A program made the translations under genes and the position numbers. From positions 16,202 to 80,201 of the forward strand of contig CAMORN010000001.1 of NCBI GenBank assembly GCA_946623825.1: 64,000 nucleotides of DNA, written 5' to 3'. Under the pieces are notes generated by a model. The model searched no databases. It worked only from the letters and a program-made list of their open reading frames with translations, and had not been told where the DNA came from. Positions 10,060-20,393 of the stretch are shown piece by piece. The stretch is from an uncultured Alphaproteobacteria bacterium (lineage in GTDB: Bacteria; Pseudomonadota; Alphaproteobacteria; Rs-D84). Numbering within the stretch: position 1 is the stretch's first letter; the number at the start of each line of letters is the position of its first letter.

Positions 10060-11277
10060 ATGCAGCGTTTTTCTGTTATATTTATATTATCATTAATATC
10101 ATTGAATGCCACAGCCAGTGCGTATTTGCCGGTTGTTGATGTTGCAAATGGAACCGTTTCAGCAAGGGCTGCTTTCGGTGAAGAAATAGCACCTGTAAAA
10201 AAGGTTGCTGTCGAAAAAAATGTAAAAACAACAGAAAAAAAAGTTGTTGCACGCAGTGCTAAAAAAACAAATACAGCAAAAAATTCATACGCATCAAATG
10301 ATGTTTTAAGACCTCAACGTCCAACATCTAATTTGTGGGCAAATAATGATGCGCCTTTGCGTATGCCACGTATGGATGAAATTGCTCTTATTCGTTCTGA
10401 TTCTGTTTTGCCAGAAGAAAGTATTGATTCAACAATTGCATCTAATTCAGAAAAGGTTGTTGAAAGAACTACACAACATGAAATTGATTCTTTGCGTCAG
10501 GAAATTGCGCGTTTGGAACAAAAGCAAAAAGAAACAGAAGAAAGATTGGTTCGTGCGCGTCCTGTTATGGTCAGAACACCAATCGACGGCGAAAGCAATG
10601 TTAAACCGGTTGCAAAAAATAACGATGTAAATGTTAAACGCGAAATTGTTCCTTATTCAGCAGATAAAAACACTATTGCACGCAGTGCTGTTGCAGAACC
10701 TAAATTTGCATCGGTCAGTGATATGTCAAAAATGTCGCCAAATGAATTGAAAAAGGCGTTTAAGAAAACATATTTGTCTGAAAACAAACATTTATCAACA
10801 TATCAAATAGATGATCGTTATGATGTGGCAAGTGATATGTCCGCGGACATAGAAGGTTTTTCTGCACAACGCGATTTGTCTGAAACAAATGACGGTGTTC
10901 GTCCATTGGAAATTAAAATATCTTTCTTGAACGGTGATTCTGGATTATCACGCGAAAATTATAATTTATTAAGTGAAACTGCATCTATCGTTGTAAATAA
11001 TCCAAAACGCGCGATTCAAGTTGCAATTCCAGAATCTGCGACATATGACAAAGATGCGCGTAAATTGGCTGCACGTCGTTTGGCAATTGTAGAACAGGTT
11101 TTACGTGATACTGGTGTTGCAGAACAACGCATTGTTCCGGTATTATCACAACGCGATGATGATGTTTTTGTGTTGCGTGTGATTTCTGGTGATTTGTTTG
11201 AAACTTTGACCCAACAAAAACGCAATATGTTTGGCGACAGTATTTCAAATAAAACATACAAAAGTATGTCGTGGTAA
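10060..11277 (+). CDS. Exported hypothetical protein with coiled coil and degenerate OmpA-like C-terminal domain
   Basis: Signal peptide; coiled coil 'EIDSLRQEIARLEQKQKETEERL'; C-terminal 'ISFLNGDSGLS...LAARRLAIVEQVLRDTGVAEQRI' resembles the OmpA_C fold. Confidence 0.7.
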   Translation: MQRFSVIFILSLISLNATASAYLPVVDVANGTVSARAAFGEEIAPVKKVAVEKNVKTTEKKVVARSAKKTNTAKNSYASNDVLRPQRPTSNLWANNDAPLRMPRMDEIALIRSDSVLPEESIDSTIASNSEKVVERTTQHEIDSLRQEIARLEQKQKETEERLVRARPVMVRTPIDGESNVKPVAKNNDVNVKREIVPYSADKNTIARSAVAEPKFASVSDMSKMSPNELKKAFKKTYLSENKHLSTYQIDDRYDVASDMSADIEGFSAQRDLSETNDGVRPLEIKISFLNGDSGLSRENYNLLSETASIVVNNPKRAIQVAIPESATYDKDARKLAARRLAIVEQVLRDTGVAEQRIVPVLSQRDDDVFVLRVISGDLFETLTQQKRNMFGDSISNKTYKSMSW

Positions 11278-11993
11278 AATTTTTCAATAATCTTTTTAAT
11301 TTTATATATCCCGCGGTTTGTCCCGTATGCAACGATTTTGTTGAAAGACATGGTATGTTGTGTGCGAAATGTTGGAATGATTTTAATTGGATATCAAATC
11401 CAAAATGTTTTAAATGTGGTTATCCTTTTCCTGCTGATTTAGATTTGGGTCCGCGACCATTGTGTCCGCATTGTGCAACCGGTGAATGTGAATTAGATTT
11501 TATACGCAGTGCATGCGTGTATGATGATGTTTCTAAAAATATAATGTTGCCGTTCAAACACGCGTCAAACCTGAAATACGGGCGTTTGATGTCGCATGCT
11601 ATGATAAATTGTTTGAAAGACATGGATATAAAATTTGATATTGTGATGCCGGTACCACTTGCGTATAAAAGATTGTTTAAACGCGGATATAATCAGGCGA
11701 CATTATTAGCGCGTCCAATTGCTAAATATTGTAATGCGATTTTAGATGTTGATTCTGTGTCCAGAAAATACAGACAAGATATGGGACACAAAACCACAAA
11801 AGAAAGGAAAATCAACGTAAAGGGTGTTTTTGTTGTGAAAAACAAAGATGCTGTAAAGGATAAGAATATTTTATTGGTTGATGATGTTATGACATCGGGT
11901 GCAACATTTTATGAATTGAATCATGTACTAAGAAAGGCTGGTGCGAAATCTGTATGTGCAGTTTCTTTTTGTCGTGTTGTTCATGCAATTTAA
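11271..11993 (+). CDS. comF: ComF family protein (double zinc ribbon plus PRTase domain)
   Basis: CPVC/CAKC/CFKC/CPHC zinc ribbon; RGYNQA; ILLVDDVMTSGAT PRPP-binding motif. Confidence 0.93.
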   Translation: MVKFFNNLFNFIYPAVCPVCNDFVERHGMLCAKCWNDFNWISNPKCFKCGYPFPADLDLGPRPLCPHCATGECELDFIRSACVYDDVSKNIMLPFKHASNLKYGRLMSHAMINCLKDMDIKFDIVMPVPLAYKRLFKRGYNQATLLARPIAKYCNAILDVDSVSRKYRQDMGHKTTKERKINVKGVFVVKNKDAVKDKNILLVDDVMTSGATFYELNHVLRKAGAKSVCAVSFCRVVHAI

Positions 11994-12352
11994 TGTTTGA
12001 TAGCGCACAATTTTGTTTGTAAAAAATTTGCTATTTCTAATTCTTTGTGATTCATGGTTTGTGCTGTTTCTTGCAAATCTATTTTTTCTTTGCAGGCGTT
12101 TATTATATCCAACATATCTTTTTGCTCGTTTGTCAAAGGTCTGGAATTGGTTTCGTCCCATTTTACAGCCAGAATAATTTTGCCGTCTATTGCGATGTTG
12201 TATTGGTTCGTTGCCCAACCATTATGGACAGACAAAATTTCATGCCCATTTTTATCAAAAATAACGTATTGATTTCCAGAATTTGTTGCGCGATTAGAAA
12301 TCATATTGTTATGAATTGTTTCTTTGACCAATATTTTAAGAATTTTATTCAT
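11990..12352 (-). CDS. Hypothetical protein
   Basis: 120-aa ORF with GAGG RBS; converges on comF with a 4-bp overlap. Confidence 0.6.
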   Translation of the reverse strand: MNKILKILVKETIHNNMISNRATNSGNQYVIFDKNGHEILSVHNGWATNQYNIAIDGKIILAVKWDETNSRPLTNEQKDMLDIINACKEKIDLQETAQTMNHKELEIANFLQTKLCAIKH

Positions 12353-12488
12353 TTCTGACCTCTGGTTTACGTGTTAAATAATAACTGTTTTAAAGGGTGT
12401 TTTCACTAGGAACCTTTTTCGTTTATTTATTTGATTTTGTATTTTTATTGTGTAAAATTTGTCTTGGAATAAATTATTGGGGTAAAAA

Positions 12489-14891
12489 ATGAATATAGAT
12501 TTGGGTAAAAATATAGATACTCGTGAAATGGAAACCAAAATTCAAGAATTTTGGGATAATAATGATTTTTGGGCAAATGATGTAAAAAGTGATAAAAAAT
12601 CATTTTGTATTATGATGCCACCACCAAACGTGACTGGTAATTTACACATGGGTCATGCGTTGGACAATGTTTTGACAGATATTATTTGCCGTTATAAACG
12701 TATGGACGGTTTTGATGTGTTGTGGCAACCGGGGACAGACCATGCGTCTATTGCAACACAATTATTGGTTGAACGCGATTTGTCAAAACGTGGTATAAAC
12801 CCAAATACTATGACTTTGGATGAAAAATTAAACGCTGCTTGGACATGGAAGGCGGACAAGGGCGGACAAATAATGAATCAATTGCATATTCTTGGCGTAA
12901 CACCAGTTTGGAAACGCGAAAGATTCACCATGGACGAAGGTTTATCCCGTGCGGTTACAAAATTGTTTGTTAAAATGTATAACGAAGGTTTAATCTATCG
13001 TGAAAAACGTCTGGTAAATTGGTGTCCAAAACAACAAACATCTGTTTCAGATTTGGAAATTGATACACGTGAAGAACATGGTAAATTTTATTATTTCAAT
13101 TATCCGCTTGTCGACGGTGGTTTTATTGAAATTGCAACTACACGTCCTGAAACTTTGTTTGGTGATAAAGCAATTGCTGTTCATCCGGAAAATGAAAAAT
13201 TGAAACATTTGATTGGAAAGCATGCAATTATTCCATTGACCGATATTGAAATCCCGATTGTGGCGGACGAACACGCTGACCCTGAAAAGGGAACTGGTGC
13301 GGTTAAAATTACACCTGCACATGATTTTGATGACTATGAAGTTGGACTTCGTCATAATCTTGAACCACTTTGCATTTTAACAAAAGATGCAAAATTAAAT
13401 GATGAATCTGTTGTTCCTGAAAAATATCGTGGTATGGACAGGTATGTTGCGCGTAAGGCAATTATTGAAGATTTAGAAGCCGCGGGCTTAATGGTTAAAA
13501 TTGAAGACAAAATTATTCCAACACCATATTCTGAACGTGGCGGTGTTCCGGTTGAACCAATGTTGACAACACAATGGTTTGTTGATGCTGAAAAACTTGC
13601 AAAACCTGCGATTAAAGCTGTAGAAGAAGGTAAAATTAAATTCTTGCCAGAACATAGATATAATTTATTTATGGCATGGATGCGTGAAATTCGTCCATGG
13701 ACTATTTCTCGTCAATTATGGTGGGGACATCATATACCTGCATGGTATGATGAAGAAGGTAATGTTTATGTAGCAGAAACAGAAGCTGACGCAATTAAGC
13801 AATCTGGTGGTAAAACATTAACACGCGATAAAGATGTTTTGGACACTTGGTTTTCATCTGGATTGTGGCCATTTTCAACATTGGGTTGGCCAGATGACAC
13901 ACTTGAATTGAAAAAATATTATCCAACAGATTTATTATACACTGGTGCAGATATTATATTCTTCTGGGTTGCGCGTATGATAATGATGGGTATGTATGTA
14001 ATGGGTGATGTTCCATTCCGTACTGTGAATTTCCATGGACTTGTTCGTGATTCCAAGGGGCAAAAAATGTCCAAGACAAAAGGAAATGGTACAGACCCAT
14101 TGGATTCTGTAAACAAATTCGGTGCGGACGCGTTGCGTTATTGGATTGCAACTGCGCCAATTGGAACTGATTTAAGATACAGTGATGACGAGGTTAAACG
14201 TGGTTCAAGATTATTAACAAAATTGTGGAATGCATCAAAATATGTTTTGATGAATTTGAATGATTTTGATCCAAAATCTGCACAACAAATTCCTGTGTCT
14301 GACAGATTTATCGAAGACAGATGGGTATTGTCTGAATTGAATAAAGCAATTGCAGAAACAAGACGCAATCTGGATAAATACGATAATTATAACGGACGCA
14401 GTGCGATTGATACTTTCTTCTGGGATATATTCTGCGATCAATATCTTGAATTTATCAAAGACAGATTCTGGTCACCTGAAAAATACAGTGCGGAATCTAA
14501 ATTGTCTGCCCAATGGACACTTTACACAGTGTTGCGTGCGATAATTGGTTTATATGCACCGTTTATTCCATTTATCACAGAAGAATTATGGCAAAAAATC
14601 TACAAAGATTTTGAAGGTGGCGATACATTGCATTTGACACAATATCCAACTGTGAAAGAAGAATATAATACAGATGTTTCCCAAATGAACATTGCATTGG
14701 AAATATTGAAAAATGTTCGTGGTCTTCGTACAGACAGAAAGGTTGGTAATGGTGCAAAATTGGAAACTTTGACAATTCCATCTGATACACCTGAAATATT
14801 GCATGGGTTGATTAAATCTGCGGCACGTGCAAATGAAATTGTTTTGGAAAACAGTGTAGATTTTGTTGTTCTGCAAAATAACGAACAATAA
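12489..14891 (+). CDS. valS: Valyl-tRNA synthetase (short, apparently chimeric)
   Basis: PPPNVTGNLHMGH (HIGH), TTRPET editing domain, WTISRQLWWGH and KMSKT; 800 aa with no C-terminal coiled coil. Confidence 0.97.
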   Translation: MNIDLGKNIDTREMETKIQEFWDNNDFWANDVKSDKKSFCIMMPPPNVTGNLHMGHALDNVLTDIICRYKRMDGFDVLWQPGTDHASIATQLLVERDLSKRGINPNTMTLDEKLNAAWTWKADKGGQIMNQLHILGVTPVWKRERFTMDEGLSRAVTKLFVKMYNEGLIYREKRLVNWCPKQQTSVSDLEIDTREEHGKFYYFNYPLVDGGFIEIATTRPETLFGDKAIAVHPENEKLKHLIGKHAIIPLTDIEIPIVADEHADPEKGTGAVKITPAHDFDDYEVGLRHNLEPLCILTKDAKLNDESVVPEKYRGMDRYVARKAIIEDLEAAGLMVKIEDKIIPTPYSERGGVPVEPMLTTQWFVDAEKLAKPAIKAVEEGKIKFLPEHRYNLFMAWMREIRPWTISRQLWWGHHIPAWYDEEGNVYVAETEADAIKQSGGKTLTRDKDVLDTWFSSGLWPFSTLGWPDDTLELKKYYPTDLLYTGADIIFFWVARMIMMGMYVMGDVPFRTVNFHGLVRDSKGQKMSKTKGNGTDPLDSVNKFGADALRYWIATAPIGTDLRYSDDEVKRGSRLLTKLWNASKYVLMNLNDFDPKSAQQIPVSDRFIEDRWVLSELNKAIAETRRNLDKYDNYNGRSAIDTFFWDIFCDQYLEFIKDRFWSPEKYSAESKLSAQWTLYTVLRAIIGLYAPFIPFITEELWQKIYKDFEGGDTLHLTQYPTVKEEYNTDVSQMNIALEILKNVRGLRTDRKVGNGAKLETLTIPSDTPEILHGLIKSAARANEIVLENSVDFVVLQNNEQ

Positions 14892-14912
14892 ATCATACAA
14901 CAGGAGGGCGCA

Positions 14913-15641
14913 ATGGTCGAAAAAATGATTGAAACACATGTATTAAAATCATATCAATGTGATAGATATGGTTTTATGCGCCCAATCATGTTGATGAATG
15001 AATTGCAGGGGTTGGCTGGAAAGCATGCTGATATTTTGGGTGCGGGTCGTGAAAATTGTTTTGCACGCGGTATTGCATGGGTTGTAACCCACATGTTCAT
15101 AGACATAATAGATATGCCAACTGCGAAAGAAAAATTGGTTTATTCAACATGGCCATCTGTATCTGGGGCGGTTCGCAGTGAACGTGATTTTGAAATCAGA
15201 GATGAAGCGGGCAATCTGAAAATTCGTGCAATTTCCCAATGGGTTTTAATAGATTTACAAACGCGTCGTCCGGTTCGTATTACTGATTATTTCCCAGAAT
15301 GGACGGGATTACCAGAACGCATTTGGGACAGAAATTTTGACAAGGCTTCTGATTTTATTCCAACAAAATCCCATGTTATGGCGTGCCGTTTCGATGATAT
15401 TGATGTGAACCAACATATAAACAATGCTGTGTACAGTGTGTGGGCAACCGAATCGGTTGGTTTTGAATACAGAAATAATCATAAATTGCGCGGTATGGAT
15501 ATTTATTTTGAACACGAAATAAATCCAAACACACCAACGGTCAGAATAGAAGTTGCGCTGGACGGTAACATAACCAGACATAAAATAATGACTGATGAAA
15601 CAGAACACGCAAATATTGTGTGTTATTGGAACGAAAGATAA
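14913..15641 (+). CDS. Acyl-ACP thioesterase (FatA/B-like double hot-dog)
   Basis: 'SYQCDRYG', 'AWVVTHMFIDI' and 'RFDDIDVNQHINNAVY' thioesterase motifs. Confidence 0.88.
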   Translation: MVEKMIETHVLKSYQCDRYGFMRPIMLMNELQGLAGKHADILGAGRENCFARGIAWVVTHMFIDIIDMPTAKEKLVYSTWPSVSGAVRSERDFEIRDEAGNLKIRAISQWVLIDLQTRRPVRITDYFPEWTGLPERIWDRNFDKASDFIPTKSHVMACRFDDIDVNQHINNAVYSVWATESVGFEYRNNHKLRGMDIYFEHEINPNTPTVRIEVALDGNITRHKIMTDETEHANIVCYWNER

Positions 15642-15715
15642 TTCAAATTATTTTATAAAAAACAAATAAAAAAACCGCCAATTGGCGATTTTTTAATTTC
15701 GTTTTACCATCAAAA

Positions 15716-15868
15716 TTATTTAACAGCAGATACTGCCAAACGTTTACGACCGGCAGCACGACGACGATTCAATACATCACGTCCAGATTTAGTTGCCATT
15801 TTTTCACGGAACCCGTGTGTCTTTACACGACGTGTTTTAGATGGTTGATATGTTCTTTTTGTTGCCAT
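15716..15868 (-). CDS. rpmH: 50S ribosomal protein L34 (not in the ORF track)
   Basis: Manual translation [50 protein letters not shown] (50 aa). Confidence 0.97.
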   Translation of the reverse strand: MATKRTYQPSKTRRVKTHGFREKMATKSGRDVLNRRRAAGRKRLAVSAVK

Positions 15869-15925
15869 AATTTATCCTTTTGCTGCACCCTATTTAATCA
15901 TATGTTTTTGAAAAACGCAACTATT

Positions 15926-16036
15926 TTATTTACTTTTTACTAAACCGACTTTTTTAAGCAGTTCTAAAAACAAATAATAAACAAAAAGCCACCCCATAAA
16001 TTTCCAAAATGGTAAAAATATGTTTTTAGTATCCAT
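15926..16036 (-). CDS. Putative 36-aa single-pass membrane peptide
   Basis: Manual translation MDTKNIFLPFWKFMGWLFVYYLFLELLKKVGLVKSK; AAGGA 9 nt upstream; hydrophobic core with a basic tail. Confidence 0.4.
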   Translation of the reverse strand: MDTKNIFLPFWKFMGWLFVYYLFLELLKKVGLVKSK

Positions 16037-16207
16037 GCGTTTTTATCCTTTGTTTATATATCTATCGTAGCACATAAAATAAATTTGTCAATATTTGTTT
16101 CTGGGTAAAATTATTTGCAAAAAAATGTGTTTTTTTATGCTTTAATCCTTGACCGAAAGGGTTAAATTTTGCTATCTTTCAAGTATTGAAAAACAAGGGA
16201 AAAAGTA

Positions 16208-18982
16208 ATGTCTGAAATAAATGATTTAAACAACGAAATAAATGAAATCAAGGTTCCTACTTCGCCTATTGAACATGAAATGCGAACAAGTTTCCTTGAT
16301 TATGCTATGTCGGTTATTGTTGACCGTGCATTGCCAGATGTAAGGGACGGTTGTAAACCGGTGCATCGTCGTATTTTATATGTTATGAACGAGGTTGCGC
16401 CTGCTACAAAATCAACTGTGAAATCTGCGCGTATCGTCGGTGATGTTATGGGACGTTATCACCCACATGGGGATTCTTCTATTTACGAAGCGATGGCACG
16501 TATGGCACAAGATTTCTCGATGGGTGAAATGTTGGTCCAAGGTCAGGGTAACTTTGGTTCCCGCGACGGTGATAAACCTGCTGCTATGCGTTATACAGAA
16601 GCACGTCTTTCTAAATTGGGTGCGTCTTTGATGGAAGATTTAGACAAAGATACCGTTGATTGGCAACCAAACTTTGACGGCACATTGCAAGAACCAATTG
16701 TATTGCCAACTAAGTTTCCAAATTTCTTGGTGAACGGGGGCAGTGGTATTGCAGTTGGTATGGCAACAAATGTTCCAACATATAATCTTGGTGAAATTTG
16801 CAATGGTATTTTAGCAATCTTGGATAACAAAGATTTATCAGATGACGAATTGTTTGGAATTATACCGGGACCAGATTTTCCAACAGGTGGTATTATAATG
16901 GGACATGCCGGTGCGTACAAGGCACACACAACCGGACGTGGTTCTATAATTGTTCGTTCAAAAACTCATTTTGAAACAATTCATGATCATCCTGCAATTA
17001 TCGTAGAAGAATTACCATATCAGGTAAATAAATCTCAATTGATTATCAAAATTGCAGAAATGGTAAAAGATAAACGCATAGAGGGTATTTCTGATATCCG
17101 TGATGAATCATCAAAAGAAGGCTTGCGCGTGGTTATCGAATTGAAACGCGACACAATGCCAGAAGTTGTTTTGAATCATTTGTTCCAAGATACAGAAATG
17201 CAATCTAATTTCCCAGTAAATATGATGGCATTGAATCGTGGTCGTCCAATGTTATTCAATGTTCGTGGTGTATTAGATGCGTTTATCGAATTCCGTGAAG
17301 AAGTTATTCGTCGTCGTACAATATTTGATTTGAACAAGGCACGCAATCGTGCACACACATTGTTGGGGTTGTCTGTTGCGTGCGGTAATTTGGACGAAGT
17401 AATTAAATTGATTAAAGAATCTGCAAACCCAGATGAAGCAAAATCTGCATTGTTATCACGCGGTTGGGCTGCATCGGATATTGAATCTTATATCAATTTG
17501 ATAGATGACCCAAACACTGAATACAAAGACGGAATGTTTTATATGTCCGAAGATCAAGCGAAAGCAATTCTTGAATTGCAATTGCATAGATTGACTGGTC
17601 TTGAACGTGATAAAATCCACAACGATTTGACAGAATTGGGTGCGGTTATCAAAGATTTACTTGCCATCTTGGGCAGTCACGAACGTATAGTTCAAATTAT
17701 TCGTGATGAAACAACCGCGGTTCGCGACAGTTGGTCTCAGCCACGCAGAACAGAAATTTCTGATGCTGAAATTGATATAGATATCGAAGATTTGATTGCA
17801 CGCGAAGATATGGTTGTAACAGTTTCTAATACTGGCTATATCAAACGTGTTGCGCTGGATACATATCGTGCACAAAAACGTGGTGGCAAGGGACGTAATG
17901 CAATGACAACAAAAGATGATGATTATGTTGTAAATGTATTCGTTGCAAATACACATACACCATTGTTGTTCTTCTCGTCCAAGGGGTTGTGTTATAAATT
18001 AAAAACATACAAATTACCAGAAGCATCTGCCGCAGGCAAGGGACGTCCATTGGTTAATTTGTTGCCTTTGACAGAAGGTGAAACAATAACCGCTATCTTG
18101 CCAGTGCCAGAAGACGAAGTAAAACGCGTCCAAGAATCTGGTGTAGAACATTTCTTGATGTTTGCAACTGCATCTGGAACGGTTCGTCGTAATCGTATGT
18201 CTGATTTTGATTCTATCCGCGCAAATGGAAAGATTGCTATGAAATTAGACGAAGGTGATTCATTGATTTCTGTATTGCCATGTAATGAAAACCAAGATGT
18301 GTTCTTGTCAACATATCGTGGTCGTTGCATCAGATTTGCAGTCCCAGAAATTCGTATCTTCGCAGGCCGTAATTCAACCGGTGTTCGTGGTTTAACATTA
18401 CAGAAAGATGATTATGTAATCGGTATGGCTATGTTGAATCATGGTGAATCTGATTCTGTTGTTCGTGCTGCGTATGTAAAGCAAAGCCGTGCATTGCGCC
18501 GTGCACAAACAGGTATCGAAGAAGAAGCAGATGCCGAAGAAGAAAATACAACATTGGTATTAAGCGATGAACAAATGGCCAAGATGGCGTTAACCGAAGA
18601 ATTCATTTTGACAATATCTGAAAATGGATTTGGAAAACGTACATCTTCATACGAATATCGTTTGACACACCGTGGCGGTAATGGATTTACCAACATTAAA
18701 TTGGGTGGTAAAAATACAGCTGTTGCAGGTTCATTCCCAGTGAACGAAGACCAAGATATTATGATGGTTACAAACGGTGGTAAAATTATCAGAACACCGG
18801 TAAAGGATGTTCGTATCGCTGGTCGTTCAACAGCGGGTGTAACATTATTCAGAACCGCTGAAAATGAAAAGGTTGTATCTGCAATCGCAATTGACCACGA
18901 AGAACCAGAAGAAAGTGTTGAATCTGATGTTTCAGAAAACACCTCTGCGGCAGAAACCGTGGCGGATAGCGAAAACGCATAA
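16208..18982 (+). CDS. gyrA: DNA gyrase subunit A
   Basis: [23 protein letters not shown] (catalytic Tyr) and GyrA-box QKRGGKG; beta-pinwheel CTD. Confidence 0.98.
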   Translation: MSEINDLNNEINEIKVPTSPIEHEMRTSFLDYAMSVIVDRALPDVRDGCKPVHRRILYVMNEVAPATKSTVKSARIVGDVMGRYHPHGDSSIYEAMARMAQDFSMGEMLVQGQGNFGSRDGDKPAAMRYTEARLSKLGASLMEDLDKDTVDWQPNFDGTLQEPIVLPTKFPNFLVNGGSGIAVGMATNVPTYNLGEICNGILAILDNKDLSDDELFGIIPGPDFPTGGIIMGHAGAYKAHTTGRGSIIVRSKTHFETIHDHPAIIVEELPYQVNKSQLIIKIAEMVKDKRIEGISDIRDESSKEGLRVVIELKRDTMPEVVLNHLFQDTEMQSNFPVNMMALNRGRPMLFNVRGVLDAFIEFREEVIRRRTIFDLNKARNRAHTLLGLSVACGNLDEVIKLIKESANPDEAKSALLSRGWAASDIESYINLIDDPNTEYKDGMFYMSEDQAKAILELQLHRLTGLERDKIHNDLTELGAVIKDLLAILGSHERIVQIIRDETTAVRDSWSQPRRTEISDAEIDIDIEDLIAREDMVVTVSNTGYIKRVALDTYRAQKRGGKGRNAMTTKDDDYVVNVFVANTHTPLLFFSSKGLCYKLKTYKLPEASAAGKGRPLVNLLPLTEGETITAILPVPEDEVKRVQESGVEHFLMFATASGTVRRNRMSDFDSIRANGKIAMKLDEGDSLISVLPCNENQDVFLSTYRGRCIRFAVPEIRIFAGRNSTGVRGLTLQKDDYVIGMAMLNHGESDSVVRAAYVKQSRALRRAQTGIEEEADAEEENTTLVLSDEQMAKMALTEEFILTISENGFGKRTSSYEYRLTHRGGNGFTNIKLGGKNTAVAGSFPVNEDQDIMMVTNGGKIIRTPVKDVRIAGRSTAGVTLFRTAENEKVVSAIAIDHEEPEESVESDVSENTSAAETVADSENA

Positions 18983-19006
18983 TAAAACAAAAGGGAATGT
19001 GCAGAC

Positions 19007-19390
19007 ATGGTAAACAATAATGAATATTTTGTTGCAATAAATGATGTGGCAAAAAAATTAGATGTGCCTGCACATACCCTGCGTTATTGGGAAAAACAAT
19101 TCCCAACCGCAATACGTCCAACAACTGGGGCGGGCGGACGCAGATATTATCGTCAAGAAACAATCGCAAGATTGGAAACAATTAAATCTCTGCTTTATGA
19201 CAAAGGAATGACAATTGCTGGTGTAAAAAAGATTTTACATAATGGCGAATTTGGTAATGAAGTAGATGAAGTAAAAAATACAAAAACACCTGTTGCAACG
19301 GAAACAAAAACAGTTGTAAAAAATGTGGATCAAGATTCCATAGAAATTGCAATAAATTTGTTGAAACAGGCCAAGATGTTTTTGGAATAA
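19007..19390 (+). CDS. MerR family transcriptional regulator
   Basis: 'INDVAKKLDVPAHTLRYWEKQF...GGRRYY' MerR HTH. Confidence 0.9.
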   Translation: MVNNNEYFVAINDVAKKLDVPAHTLRYWEKQFPTAIRPTTGAGGRRYYRQETIARLETIKSLLYDKGMTIAGVKKILHNGEFGNEVDEVKNTKTPVATETKTVVKNVDQDSIEIAINLLKQAKMFLE

Positions 19391-19454
19391 AAAGACCCTT
19401 AAAAAAATTAAAAAAAAGCCGGTAAATGCCGGCGTTTTTTTGTTTAATTTTGAA

Positions 19455-19482
19455 TAATTTTTATGGCAGTCCCAATGGGAAT
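19455..19482 (-). repeat. 28-bp duplicate of the tRNA-Glu 3' end and flank (att-like)
   Basis: taatttttatggcagtcccaatgggaat is identical at 19455-19482 and 19631-19658. Confidence 0.9.
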
Positions 19483-19639
19483 GTATATTCCCACGCATAA
19501 TAATGCGCGGGCCCCTTTCAACTCGTAAATTAAAAACTGCGTGAAACTTGTTTTTAATAACTTCGTACACGAACCAATGGCTTCGATTCTTGCAATTGGG
19601 GATAAAAATAAAATCCGAATAAATCGGATTTAATTTTTA

Positions 19640-19714
19640 TGGCAGTCCCAATGGGAATCGAACCCATATTGTCAGAATGAGAATCTGATGTCCTAACCGT
19701 TAGACGATGGGACC
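19640..19714 (-). tRNA. tRNA-Glu (anticodon CTC)
   Basis: Reverse complement folds as GGTCCCA/TGGGACT acceptor stem, TCAGA-TTCTCAT-TCTGA anticodon arm, ATGGG-TTCGATT-CCCAT T-arm and encoded CCA. Confidence 0.97.
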
Positions 19715-19734
19715 TTTGGTTTTTTATTTTAATA

Positions 19735-20268
19735 TTACAAATCGGCTTTTTCAAGTAATGGTGCCCAAATAGATTTTACATATTCGTCATCTGTTTTTTC
19801 ATGAAAGATTTCAAATGATTTTTTGATTATTTCCATTTGTTCATCTGTCCACCCCAGATTTGCCATTTTGTTTTCAAACCATGTTTCGATTTCTACGGCT
19901 TCCGGATCATGGATAATATTTTTTTGTTCAAAATTAGCGGACGCCCAATCTGCAACCATTTCATAAACACGAATCAATGGAATTTCGCTGACATGGTTAT
20001 AATGTTGAATATGATGTGTGGCACCCGCGTGGTGTATATTTATTGCATCACGACATAATGCTTCGTGTTCTGGGGTTGGGTGAAAATTTTTGTGATATGT
20101 TTTATAAAATATATATGAATATCCCGTGCGAACCGGTTCGGCTGTTTTATCGCCATCGTGTTCTGGGAAATGATATCCCAACAATGATGCAAAATAATTT
20201 ACCGCTGCAACATGGCTTTTTACACGCAATTCATAGAAATCAAAAATATCATTTACATTTATATTCAT
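19735..20268 (-). CDS. HD-like protein (DUF5662-like)
   Basis: 'EHDGDK', 'HHAGATHHIQHY' and 'EMVADWASA' resemble DUF5662 (by recall). Confidence 0.65.
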   Translation of the reverse strand: MNINVNDIFDFYELRVKSHVAAVNYFASLLGYHFPEHDGDKTAEPVRTGYSYIFYKTYHKNFHPTPEHEALCRDAINIHHAGATHHIQHYNHVSEIPLIRVYEMVADWASANFEQKNIIHDPEAVEIETWFENKMANLGWTDEQMEIIKKSFEIFHEKTDDEYVKSIWAPLLEKADL

Positions 20269-20393
20269 TGTTAAAATCCTTTCATAAAAATATATAAAAA
20301 AAAGGTTTTTATAACAATAAAAAAATAGAATTTTATATATTTTTATGTATAATTGTTCATAAAGATAACAATAAAAACATGGGGGAGGAAAAA

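Noticed and set aside
15869-16207. oriC between rpmH and gyrA
   Set aside because: No TTATCCACA-type DnaA boxes were seen; AT richness alone is not enough.
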